Assembly: GCA_000934665.2 (NCBI GenBank)
Contig: KZ538936.1
Coordinates: forward strand, 1 to 39,472
DNA length: 39,472 bases
DNA from: Catajapyx aquilonaris
Taxonomy: Eukaryota
Direction of reading: 5' to 3'
Shown: one piece after another, positions 1 through 11,630 of the stretch
How positions within the stretch are numbered: position 1 is the stretch's first letter
Layout of the letters: the number at the start of each line of letters is the position of its first letter
The notes under the pieces: model-generated
What the model saw: only the letters and a program-made list of their open reading frames with translations
Database searches by the model: none
What the model was told of the DNA's origin: nothing
Position numbers and translations under genes: made by a program

Positions 1-83
1 GACAGGACATCAAACCGACAAGCTTAAATTTTTCAATAAACGATTTTCACGATTTCTCATGGGTTTCACCCGTTGTGCCCTGC

Positions 84-176
84 CGTATAAGACGCACACG
101 CGTATAAGACGCACCCTACTTTTTGAGCTACAAAAATCGGAAAAAAGTTGCGTCTTATATGCGAGTAAATACGGTA
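84..176. mobile_element. Terminus of a Tc1/mariner-superfamily (Tc2/pogo-like) DNA transposon; the rest lies left of or outside the window
   Basis: Two direct CGTATAAGACGCAC units followed by inverted GCGTCTTATATGCGAGTAAATACGG plus TA; matches my recollection of Tc2/pogo-type ends. The other end is not seen. Confidence 0.55.
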
Positions 177-347
177 TTTGCCGTCAGAAGCAGAAACTCC
201 GTATCTCAAAAACTAGTACGGGTGAAAGTCGCATGCACGCCCTGCACTAATCCCCCCTGAGTCAGAGGGGATTAGTGCAGGGCATGCATGCGACTTTCAT
301 CCTTACTAGTGTTTGAGATACGGTGTTTCTGTTTCTGATGGCAAATA
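175..347. repeat. Near-perfect palindrome (86-bp arms, 1-nt centre), probable fold-back MITE
   Basis: 175-260 is the reverse complement of 262-347 with about 8 mismatches; centre CTGA-G-TCAG at 257-265; TA at both ends. Confidence 0.9.
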
Positions 348-1055
348 TATTACTGGGTTCATAATAATTTGAGGACCTTCCTTTTGTCACCTTTTGCAAT
401 TATAAAATTGTGACGGTTCATGAAAATGAAAATACCTCAGAGATTCCAAAAATAAATTGTAGAAAACTCTCGAACAGCTGCAAAGGCTGATGGCACATTG
501 TAAATTCCATCCATACAAAAATGCTAGTTAATTACATGGTGCATGTTTTGCATCAAGAGAAGAAAAAAAACCTTATTTTCACACTGCAAAGTCAAATGGT
601 TTCTGCATGGCATTTTAGTCACACTATCATTTAAAAAAATATCTGACGTCCACATCATTTGTGTATGAGAACGGTAACTTAATCAACAACTAGTTTCATG
701 CAAATGTAAGGCCCTGGTCACATATGCAATTCTGCCATGAAAAGCCTAAGGTACTGCAGGTGGTCCAAAAAAGGCCAGGGTGCATAATCAGGCCACTTTT
801 CTGTTTCTCACCAATATAATCAACTTATGACAACATACATACAGTGAGCATAAGACCCCACAGTGGGGTATAATTTTGGTCCCACTGAGTGACCAATCCA
901 GACCAATAACACCAAGAAAAAATTTCAGAAGTTGATGGAACTCACTGTGGCCACTGATTTAACTTTGGGCTAGTTTCAATAATGCCCTGTTAAGACAAGT
1001 AAAAATATAATAAATAGGATCATCTACATACCTATGAGTATGAGCTTCTAATGTA

Positions 1056-1826
1056 TAGTGTGTTACAGAGTTGATGACTCACTCTTTGAACAGCAATTAC
1101 TTTCGAACGGAACAACATATTTAAAGTACGCGCCAAACCAGCAAGGGAGGGTGCGAAAATCTTCCATGTAGGTGGCCGCACTAAGCAATGCTCAGGTCTT
1201 GCAACAAAAATGGCCAAAGCAAGACTGTCGTTAGAGAAATGTGTCCAGTGTGTTCGACTATATTCAGTGACAAAATATGTTACAGAAATGTGCCGTCAAA
1301 TGGCAAACCTTTCCGGTGGACCAGCTCCTACCCGAAAAACTGTTGCGAGAATAAACCAACGGTTCGATAAAACTGGATATGTCTTGGATAAAAAGAAACC
1401 CGGCAAAGGGAGAACAGTTGTGAACGCAGAAAACAAACAGCACATCCGAGATGCACTGGAAAGTTCTCCAGCAAAAGCAAAATCAGTCCGACGCGACGCC
1501 TCTCTCCTGTGGGGTTATCTGAAGGAAAAGGTTTACCACCATCGAATCGACTCCCTGGAGCATCTGCGTGACATAATCACACAGGAGTTCAACGTGATCC
1601 CTATTGACTTCTGTCGGAAGGCGTGCGACAACGTCGCCTTGTGATTGCAGGCCTGCATCGACGTGGAAGGGGGGGNGGGGGGGGGGGGGTGGTTGACCAT
1701 ACCATGGAGAACAGGTCTTAAGTTAGTATTTCCTTGATGTTTTGGTACGTACTTTAAATAAATATGTTGTTCCGTTCGAAAGTAATTGCGGTTCAAAGAG
1801 TGAGTCATCAACTCTGGAACACCCTG
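1056..1826 (+). mobile_element. Internally deleted Tc1-like transposon with ~95-bp TIRs
   Basis: Inverted repeats at 1056-~1148 and ~1730-1826 (…GAGTTGATGACTCACTCTTTGAAC… / …GTTCAAAGAGTGAGTCATCAACTCTGGAACACCCTG), TA on both flanks, transposase-like ORF inside. Confidence 0.9.
1210..1644 (+). pseudogene. Tc1-like transposase remnant: N-terminal HTH region fused to the C-terminal tail, catalytic core missing
   Basis: N-terminal RINQRFDKTGYVLDKKKPGKGRTV…SVRR followed directly by LWGYLKEKVY…LRDII; after the TGA at 1642 the frame continues LQACIDVEGG, typical of Tc1-like C-termini. Confidence 0.8.
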
Positions 1827-2113
1827 TAGTTTAGGAGGGTGGCAGTCAAAAAGTTACAAGTTTAGCACTTAAATTAACTAGAGATTATCCTTCTGTTGAG
1901 GCTCCTAATTAGGCCACTTTTTGAGTGCATTTTTTCTCTCCTTTTGTTATGACCACACTTGAGTTGAATTGACTAGTGAATGTGATACAAACATACTAAA
2001 TAAGGGAATTACGAAAAGTGAAAATTAGCACTACCTCGTAACATTTCTTGACAATTTAAAACCATTTAGAGAACAAATTATATACTGTACCCAATTTTGT
2101 TCTTCTAACAAAA

Positions 2114-2584
2114 TGTTTTTTTTTCTTTTTTTTCTTTTTTCTTTTTTGTTTGTTTTTTATACCCCATTGGAGGGAACGAAGTCCTTTTAGGGGGGTGGAT
2201 TACCACTATTTTTTCTTACTAATTTTCTTACGAATTTTCTTTCGCATTTTTCTCTCCGGTGCAGGGATCAGGATAGGGATTTGTGAGGCGCGGACACTGG
2301 TGCAAGTGCGTTGTCTTAATGTTGGGGGTCGTGTGCAGTCCCCCAGGGGGTCAGGTTGCAATACAACTCCCACCGACACCGCACCTCCCCATGGATGGGT
2401 CAGGGATAGGAAAGGAAGGGGGCGGCTGTGGCCTATTATTTATGGAAGAGACCCGGGAATTTTCCTGGGAGGACCACGGGAAACCACAGAAAACCACAGT
2501 CAGGATGGCCGGCCCTGGGACTCGAACCCAGGACCTCCGATTAGCAGTCGGATGCCTTATCCACTGCACCAACCTCCTTCGGTC
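2114..2584 (-). mobile_element. tRNA-derived SINE, apparently full length
   Basis: Minus-strand A box TGGTGCAGTGG (2561-2571) and B box GGTTCGAGTCC (2518-2528); A-rich tail ~2116-2160; 12-bp target-site duplication CTTCTAACAAAA at 2102-2113 and 2585-2596. Confidence 0.88.
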
Positions 2585-3374
2585 CTTCTAACAAAAGTGC
2601 ATTATGCAAAGAAACAAATTCATTTCCCCAAGGACACTTTTTACGACGATAATGGTGGTGGATGAGTTTGCCTACCCTTGACAGAGTGTTCTGATTTTCC
2701 CCCCCGGCAAAAAGTAAGTCGCAGAATTTCGGGATTTTTAAAAATGGTTTTCAGCTGCACGCCCACTTACCGGGAAATATGCAGCAGGGAGCTATGTGTA
2801 TTTAAATTCCTGCAGTAAATGTTTATTTACAATGAATGAGACCTTTGGCCTATGACGTCATGCCATTAAAAATATCACACGAATGGCATAAATCCTCATG
2901 AACATAGCCTTAGGTAACTCTTCTAGTGTCTATGGTGAAAGATATTTCCGTTGGGGTTATATCAGTGAATTAAAAAAAATTATTTTGTGTGGTTGCATTA
3001 TAATGCCATTGCCATGCCATGCATTATAATGCAACCATCATGGCTGTGGTACACAAAGATATAGGCCGTCCAGAAAAAGACTGCATTTTCTTGGGTAGAG
3101 TTGCCAGACACAAAAGGAACCCAGAATACCAAACATCCACGCTGAAAAAAAAATTCCCCACATGGCTACTCTACTTATCTTCATGGTAAACATAGGGACT
3201 GCGGAGGTGGGGACTGGGGAGGGGGGCTGAAAAGTTGGAAAAACCCACCTAATCCCCGCAGTCTTTTCTTGGTTCCCCTTTAGACAGCATGAGTTCGCAT
3301 TTATGCTTCACTGGGACCATGCCATTTGTTTTGTCCCTCCCCTCAAATTGTGGAGACTATGAACAGCAGTTTAA

Positions 3375-4601
3375 CCCTTTGAGGCCTACGAGCCTCATAT
3401 GAGGTCCTGTGGGTTTTTGATCTGGGTGCGATAGATCATAGAGTTTAGACAGAAATGGCGCAGTTTGGGGCTCAACCTGCTCCTACCACCTCGTGGAAGG
3501 GGGCTCAACTACCATGGCGTATGCTAATCAGTTTTTCCGCCTCCCAGGATGAGATAAACATACCCCCTCCCACGGCGTCAGAACAGGGTGTCCCGTAAGT
3601 CTGGACTCTTAGGAATTTATCATAGTACAGTGTTTTAGTATGAGGGTGGTTCAGTAAATAGCCTTACAAGTTGATTTACAAATTTGTACTATACATTATG
3701 TGAACTATTCTTGCTTTAGGTGGTACGGCCATTCGTGTAGTAGCCTAGGTATGGAGCGTTTCAGATCCACCACATGACACCAGGTAGTCACATGACAGCT
3801 ATTTGAAGGTGGCGGCCCTGCTGGAGGTGTGCACCAGAGAAGAGCAGCAGTTTCCTTGCCAGTGCAAGTGTGAAACCCACAGACATTCACGCATCAGTGT
3901 GAAAGGTGGGAATGTTGGGTCAGTTGAGGTCATCATACACAAGCACCTGAGATACGCAAAAGTATCGAGCAGATGGGTTCCCAGGCAATTGACAGATGAA
4001 ACTGCGTGTCGATGCATGTGCAATGCTTCTCCGACGTTACGAGAAGGAAGGAGAGGATTTGTTGTGCCGTATAGTGACTGGTGATGAATGCTGGGTGCAT
4101 CACTTCCAGCCAGAAACTAAACGTTCCAGCAAAGAATGGCGACACTCATCTTCCCCGAAACCCAACTCCTCTTCTCTGGTGCACACCTCCAGTGGTGCCA
4201 CTATCTTCAAATAGCTGTCACATGTCTACCAGGTTCATACCTATTACATGAATGGCTGTACCACCTAAAGCAAGAATAGTTCACATCATGATAGTATAAA
4301 TTTGTAAATCAACTTGTAAAGTTATTTACTGAACCACCCTCGTATTATTATGTAACTATAATAACAATTTTATAGTGACTTTAAAAATTCAAATTAATTT
4401 AATTACATTATAAAGTTAATTGTAGTTAAAAAAATTCTGGAACACCCTGTAGATGAATTTTTTGGCATTTTACATTCAAAGGACCGCCACCAGTTAAAAT
4501 GATAAATATTGGAGCATATTGTTTTTCATTAATATCCCTCCTACCACAAATTTTGGTCAAGAAACGGGAAAAAACGCCCAAAAAACCCTGGCATCAAAGG
4601 G
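3375..4601. mobile_element. piggyBac-like non-autonomous element carrying a nested mariner insertion
   Basis: TTAA|CCCTTTGAGGCC at 3371-3386 and GGCATCAAAGGG|TTAA at 4590-4605 (11/12 TIR match, TTAA TSD). Confidence 0.7.
3641..4342 (+). mobile_element. mariner-derived element with ~175-200-bp inverted arms and a transposase fragment
   Basis: TA|TGAGGGTGGTTCAGTAAATA…TATTTACTGAACCACCCTCG|TA; internal frameshifted peptides KVSSRWVPRQLT (mariner WVPxxL motif) and RIVTGDECWVHHFQPETKRSSKEW (first catalytic Asp, TGDE). Confidence 0.92.
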
Positions 4602-4869
4602 TTAAAATATCCCAATTTTAAAGGGGATCAAATTATTATAAAAATCACCTCCCTTTCACAGACCAGATGGCTCCCGTGGGTTATACTTGTACCCCTGGTC
4701 AAATTGTTTTATACTGGCAAACTGGGCAAACTGCTATTAGTGGGGGAATGCAATAAGCGTAACCAACTTAACTCCAGACTCCATGATAACCTAATTATTT
4801 TTAGTGTGATTTGAAGGATCACTTTTCACTGGAAAGCCAACAATTACACCAACTGACAGGGGGGCTCAC

Positions 4870-5136
4870 CTTCTTGATCATGCGTGAACAAGCCTGCCAG
4901 CTCCTGAGGCTGATGTACTTGCTGTAAGCCATGTTGAGATGTGTGGCAGCCTCATAGTATTCAATCATGTCAAAGAGAGCAATAGACCCTTCCTCTTCCA
5001 AGAAGCTACCCTCCAGGTCCACCATCTTGAATTGCAGCCTCTTCAATACCTCCTCCAGACACTCACATTGAACAGCAAAGAGTCTCTCCCCTTGGAGGCT
5101 TAGACACTCGATGCGCTCATTTGAAAGGTCAATTGC
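4870..5136 (-). CDS. PPP1R37: Protein phosphatase 1 regulatory subunit 37 (LRRC68), coding exon 3; gene continues toward or beyond the left edge
   Basis: tttcacag|GCA…AAG|gtgagc, 267 nt, phase 0/0; LEEVLKRLQFKMVDLE…ALFDMIEYYEAATHLN…WQACSRMIKK matches the PPP1R37 N-terminal LRR region. Confidence 0.92.
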
Positions 5137-5217
5137 CTGTGAAATAATTTGAATGGGGCTCCCAATCAGAGATGGTTGTGATTGAGTGCCTTCGGATGCT
5201 GGATGCACACACGTTAC

Positions 5218-5315
5218 CTCTAACTGCTCTAGCACCTTGGAAATGGGCTCTGCATTGTGCTTATTACAGCAAGCTCGATAAGCAGCTATTATGTCTTCTT
5301 TGGTCACATTCTCCG
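5218..5315 (-). CDS. PPP1R37: PPP1R37 coding exon 2
   Basis: ttttgcag|CG GAG AAT GTG…GAG|gtaacg, 98 nt, phase 1/0; (A)ENVTKEDIIAAYRACCNKHNAEPISKVLEQLE; joins exon 1 in frame. Confidence 0.9.
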
Positions 5316-7472
5316 CTGCAAAACCAATCAGAAAAAAAGATAAGGGTACAAGTTAATGTGTTTAGTGGGCAACACTTTCACAACACAAAATTAATTTGTT
5401 ACTTACACAACATGAGAGAACAACTTGCTAAACTTGTGCATGCCAGGTTTTAAAATATAAACACAATTTCAGATGCTATTTTAAATCCTTAAAGTAGCAA
5501 TGTACACATCCATGTATCCTGGTTTCATATTCATACAGTTGTGAACTGAAGCATGTGCAGCAAGAGCCAAAAAAAAAAAAAAATCCACATGGCCATTGAC
5601 ACATTTTTATTTGAGGTAATTCATGGAAATACATAAGATTCCAAATAGTTCAATAGAGTGACACCAATTGCACAGGAAAATAATTCCATATATTACTCTA
5701 CTCGTGGAATATTTATTTCTGCTGAAGTGTCATCAGCAACATAATTCAGTATTCTGGTAATCCTGGTAGTCAAATTTCCTAAGCCTTGTATATTTACATT
5801 TAATATAGAAAGACTTCTTCTTCTGTGTATGATAATCCCCTCTCATTTTGCCATGCTTGTTGCGAGCGTTTGACACCAAAATGCTTAACCTTCTCAAGGT
5901 CTTTACCAATTCTGGCCAATAGCCAAAATGGTGGTGGAGGAGTAGGGGGGAAGTCCTTATTCTGGCTACTAGTGGAGCTGGTTTCCAGTATGCAAGCTCT
6001 CCGTACACTTGGCTCCTGTTAAGAATAATCTGATTTCATCATGCTTCAATTAAACTCGATCAGGAGAATGCAACCATAGTCCTCACTTTCTTGGCATCTT
6101 GAGAGTAGTATTTCTGGAGCTACCTCGTGAGTTTTGAAAGTGCAAGTTTGAAAACAGAATGAACTGTGCTGTGCAGTTTATATCCCAAAGAGAGTAAGGG
6201 TATATAATAATTACATGAGCAGGCACTGAGTTGCATGGCACCCCTAATTAAGCACTGCAAACAATTATTGTAATTGTGAACACTTGCTTCCTAGAAGACG
6301 AGGGCTGCCCTTTTCTTTGTTCTCTAAATCAGAAACATCAAGCTCTGTTCTGGACACAGCTTATAAGTTTCTTCTGTGAAGTGGACATGTTTTTCATATT
6401 CATTTGTGGAATGGAAGGGACAGATATTAGTATTAATGTTTAGAAAGGTCCCTGCCAAGTTAACCAACTTTGTGGCAGTTAAAAGATGCTCATGTCAGAA
6501 TTTCATGAATGTGCAGTAAATCAAGTTATGCAGAACGTACTTAAAAATTACATGAAAGCATCTACAGGCAGCTTCTATAAACCTCTTATGGACTATTCCG
6601 GAATTATCCAGTTAAGGTATCATGGCGGCTGTCAATCATAGCTTAAGCCATTTTCTATCCCATGAACAATCCCATCCAATGTGCAGCAACTGTGCTCTAT
6701 GAATATGCACTTAAGCTTGCCTTCCCATTACGATGTGGTACACAAGGATCATGCAAATGGAATTGAATGCACATCATTTGCACTGCATAAAAAGTGTGTT
6801 GTAATGGCCTGACACCTGATGTCTAATTATTTGATGCATCTTCTGTTAAAACTGCATGCACAGTGAAACAAAGCATCCTCACAATTTTAATTTGCAAAGC
6901 AGTCACAAGATAACTACTTCCACAAGTCAGAAAGTTGGGCCAGAATTCTCATGACTTGAGTTGAAATAGCAACATGTGAGGCAATAATTGGCACGAGACA
7001 GAGGCTGGTCAACCCTCTGAATTCCTTGGGTTCAGGGACACCTACCTAATACAAACTGTCACAAAAATAGCTCCCAAATCAATTAATATTGCCTGTCCTC
7101 AATTAATAGTATATAACAACAGGAGTCCACGTAATATGATAGTGTAATGGAAGTAATGGGATCCTAAAATCAATTCAAAGTGTGCTATTTCAGAGTAATG
7201 TGACCTGCATGCTTGGACATTATGTGGACTGGTTTATTACCATGCCATATTGGTAGTCCTGACATATGCATTCTTTCAATGCTAATGTAAGTTGTGTTTA
7301 CATTTCTATTGTACTTCATCTCAGCTACTTGCACTAGCCAAGATGTAACATTTCATATTCTTCCTCAGCAAATTCATTCACAGTTGAATTATTGCATTCA
7401 CAACTGCAGCTTACTAAATATTACATTGAGTAGGCATTTCCGAGTCAGCAGTGAGCAATTTACTCTAAACCA

Positions 7473-7552
7473 AGACCAGACCTAGGTATGGCTGGTTTAA
7501 AATGACCCTACCTAGGTCTGGCATTGTGAAGGCGACCAGACCTAGGTATGGT
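7473..7552. repeat. Three copies of CCAGACCTAGGTA (direct, inverted, direct)
   Basis: GACCAGACCTAGGTATGG occurs twice, with CCTACCTAGGTCTGG between them; probably sub-terminal repeats of a decayed transposon. Confidence 0.6.
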
Positions 7553-8415
7553 AGTTTTTTTCCGCCCATGGCCATTTTCAGGGTTTTGGCCTAACATATA
7601 CATTGAAAACAATTTCCCTCGGCTAGAAGTCCCTAAATTAATTCCCAAAATGAATTCAATTTGTATCCCTTAATTCGCATTCATAATGTGAAGGCTATGA
7701 TTTTTTGTGCAGATGATGCATAACAGTGAAAATGAAAAAAGTGAAAGCTATAATTGGAAAAAAGTGGCAACCAATGAGACATGAGAGTTGGAATATTGCT
7801 AATGTGTAATTTTTCAACATTCCAAGGTTGCAGATATAAATGGGATGTACAGTGATTTCAGTTTTATTTTTAAGACAATGGTATACAAAGCCCGATTTAT
7901 CGAGTTCCATGTTGATCATTAAAAGTAGCATTTAATGAAATGCATGATTGCACAATATTTTCTTCACAGTGTGATATCTTTTCAAATAGGGTTTTACGAT
8001 GGGCAATGTCATTAATTTCATGAAACATAGATGATTTGCAAACAAGATGTGACTCAAAATATGGGCCTCATTTAAAATTTCTAGTAATACAAGTATTAAA
8101 AGGAGAAGTCTTGGGCATTTCAATCATTCCGAAAATATTTCATGTGGCTCAGGATACGTCTTAACTACTAGAACAGATATATTCCACGTATTATGTCAGT
8201 GATCTTAAATCTGCAAGCCTGTCTGAAGGATTCTATGAACACATTAAGGGTAATAGCGGAGCTACATTTGTTGTTGGTAAACAGTTCTTCTTAGGTCATT
8301 ATTCTCACAGCATAAAAAGTGAAAATGGAAAGACCACATAATTGTAATAAATTTGCAGACAGTAGCAAGCTGTTATTAAGTATTAATAAAAATGGTATCA
8401 TTGGGCAATCCTGCA

Positions 8416-9297
8416 CAGTGCTTGACATTATGGTGTTGTACTGGTGGTGCCATGAGTCTCTGGTAGCAGAGGAGTGAATCAAAGTGATGAAGTAAAAGTA
8501 ATTGTGATAGTCCATGGTGACATCACCGGCTGAGTGCACTCATTCAAAACACGATGGAGGGAGGAAGAGAAAGGGAATTGAATTGCCTTTCTTTTCATTA
8601 TATTGAGCCAATGACTTGGACAGATCACATGTGTGACTATAAACAATGTTTTTATCAAGGAGGAGTTCAGTGGTGTTCTTTAAATGCCTGTAAACATCAC
8701 TTTAGTTATAACTAGGCATTTTTACGGATGAATTGCCTCATCACAGGGAAGAAACTGCCTTTGTTCTCCGAGTCACTTAAACTAGTCAATTCCTAATCAC
8801 CTTCAGAGTTGTTAAGGCATTTCAGTTTAGTTGTTTCTGTTTTTAGTTGTTTAGTCAAGCACACCATGAGGAGGCGACCCTGCTCATGCCCCAATTATTA
8901 TTGTTTGGTTGTCTTATGGGTGGTGTGAGAGTGGCGTGGAGAACAAAGGCTGTTTCTTCTCTGTGATGAGGTGATTTGTCCATAAAAATGACAAGTTATG
9001 AATAGTGGTGTTTAAAGACACCTCAAGAAAACCCCTGAACGCCTTCCTTTAGCGTCATAAAACACATTGTTTATAATCACACACATCTGTCCGAGTCACT
9101 GCACTGGCTCAAAAAAATGAAAAGGCAATTCCATTCACATCTCCCTCCCTCCCTCCCTCCGTGGTGTTAATGAATGTGCGCAGAAGGTGATGTTACCATG
9201 GACTATCACAATTACTCATACTTCATCACTTTGATTTGCTCTTTTGACACCAACAGCTCATGGCGCCACCAGTATGACACCATTAAGTCCAAAACTG
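8416..9297. mobile_element. Old long fold-back element (~360-bp arms, ~150-bp spacer), family unassigned
   Basis: 8416-~8778 is the diverged reverse complement of ~8930-9297 (e.g. ATCAAAGTGATGAAGTA / TACTTCATCACTTTGAT); termini CAGT…ACTG|TA. Confidence 0.8.
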
Positions 9298-11480
9298 TAC
9301 ATGGCTTTGGTGAAGTTTGTGTAAAGAAATATTGCTCTGCATCCAAGGAAAAGGCTGAAGACCACTGAATTAGATATGACTCTTCTAAATTTATGCTGAT
9401 CATATCAGCCAAGCACGCATGAAAAAAAAAAAAAGTTATATATTTTATTTTGTAGTCCGTTCTCAGACCAAACATGAAACAATAAAAAGGCGAATTCTAC
9501 TTTGTACTTTTATTGTCATGTAATGCTTGAGCTTGATTCACAAAAATTCTAATGGATGCAGATTTGTCCTGAAGTGACAGTAAAAAGTCATTACCCACAC
9601 AGGTACAGGGAACCCCTCAACTGTTTGCTTTGTTTGGCAAACCCAGTTGTTTACCACTGAAGAGCATCGATTTTATGGCACAACACTACAAGAGCTTTGC
9701 CACCTATTGGCCAGCCACATTTCACTTTTCTCATCCTGCATACACTACAGGTAGAATAACAATACAAATGCCAGAAAATAGTCATTTTGAAGCCATACCT
9801 AGCCAACTCCTTTAGATATAATATCAAAAATAATACACTGACTAGGAAGATCCCTAGACACTTTACATATGCCTCCTCTGAGCCAATTCTTAAATTATTG
9901 GCATGAAAACCATCCAAATTCAAACGTAAAGACACATCTAGAAAGTAGTCTACAAATTGGACTAATGCTTTAAATCATCTACCATTATGTTTTCAAAATC
10001 ATCCAAAAATATTTTTATTGTTATTAGCTGACATTACCTACACTTTTGGATACTGTGCCCTCTGGCATTAGTTGGCATGTAATGATCCAGGAGAAAATAG
10101 GTCATGATCCTAGAGTAGTAGTTTTTGTCTCATCATACAACATAGACCTCACACCTCAACCCGATCTCCCCTACCATTGCATCACCAAATGTTTTCCAGT
10201 GTTGGTTTACTGCTTCCACTTTCACAGAATATTCACTCATGATGTCAATGGCAAATTGATACCACAGACATTGTGCCTTCAAATTACAAAGGAGGGAGCA
10301 GGACTTGGAAAACCAACAAACCCATGCTGCAAAGTAGGAATCACGTTGGTTCCGAGAAGGCGACATGGGTAATGACCTCACATTTCCTACATTCCACCTT
10401 CAAGATATCACAAAGAACATTAAAACAATGACACAAACAACTTTCTCCCTATTATAAGGTCCTCATAAAATTGACAAAACTTTTTGGACAAGTGTGAGGA
10501 TTTTCTGGATGATGGGTGAATCAGAAGGTTCAAGTCAGTTGAAAAAAGGCTGTATTATCTAGTCTGGTATGATGGTCTCAAAACTTATCTTGGTTTCATC
10601 TCCTATGCTTTATTGCATCAATTGTTATAATCAACAAACAAGCTGGCAAAAAAATTCCTTTAAGACAACAGGTTGGAGATAAAAATCATAATACAATGTC
10701 AGATAATGTAATCAAGTTACATGCAAAATGAGGGCGCTGCGGTTCAAAAAGATGCTCTACTAATAATCTTATGCAGTCAATAATGCCATCACCCATTACG
10801 CAATTACACTAGACCTATAACTCGAACATCCCCAAGTCAAAGTTCTCTCTAGGTCAGAGAAAATTATGGCATTGATTAATCACAATATAATGTAATAGGA
10901 ATTAAACATCCCAAAGTCGAATATCTGTATGGCCTACCTCACAGTTCTCCATACCTTGAATTGCTGGCAACATTTAGGCCTACTATGGAACGAATACATT
11001 TTTCAGTCTTCAGAAGTCAAAATAACCCCAACCAGGATTGATTTTGCTATCAGTATCAATAAATTTTTAGTGGAAGTTATTCCTAATAATATTTGAAGAA
11101 AAAGTGAAACTCGGTTTTTTAATATTTGTATTTTGAGTAGTGAAAACATGAGCTAGAAACTGGTGAATTTGTAACGTTAAATGGCCACAGAAAGTGCTAT
11201 GAACCTTGCAGAATGTTAACTTTAATTTTTTATGACATTTTCAGATGATGATCAATTTTTCTATATTGTTTGATATTGTTAATGAACAAGATTTTTAATA
11301 AAAAATAAAATGCGCATAAGCATGATTCTCCATAATAATAATAATACTCCATTTGTGGTGTTGCCACATTGTGCAGCCAGCATTACTTTTATTTTATATA
11401 AGGGGAAGTGGCAATTTGCAACACAAAAAATTGGACATCATCTACCACTTTCATTAAAATTGAAATTAATATCCTGCATG

Positions 11481-11630
11481 GGGGGCACTGTGGTCTAGTG
11501 GCTCTGCCACTGGCCAGCCAAGTAGGAGGTGTGGGGTTCAAATCTCATCCCCCCATCACCCTCACTTGGTAGGTCTTTTTCCACATTTCACCAGATGTGT
11601 CAGGGCAGACTTGCACTCCCTTCTCTGCCC
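11481..11630 (+). mobile_element. Degenerate tRNA-derived SINE (3' end uncertain)
   Basis: A box TGGTCTAGTGG (11491-11501), B-box-like GGTTCAAATCT (11535-11545); no intact cloverleaf. Confidence 0.55.

Noticed and set aside
1668..1692. Poly-G run as a functional G-quadruplex
   Set aside because: It contains an N and its length is unreliable; likely homopolymer expansion or sequencing error within the transposon.
2500..2580. tRNA gene (GCT anticodon-like loop, minus strand)
   Set aside because: No Ser-type long variable arm or clean acceptor stem, and it is followed by a body, A-rich tail and TSD, so it is a SINE head.
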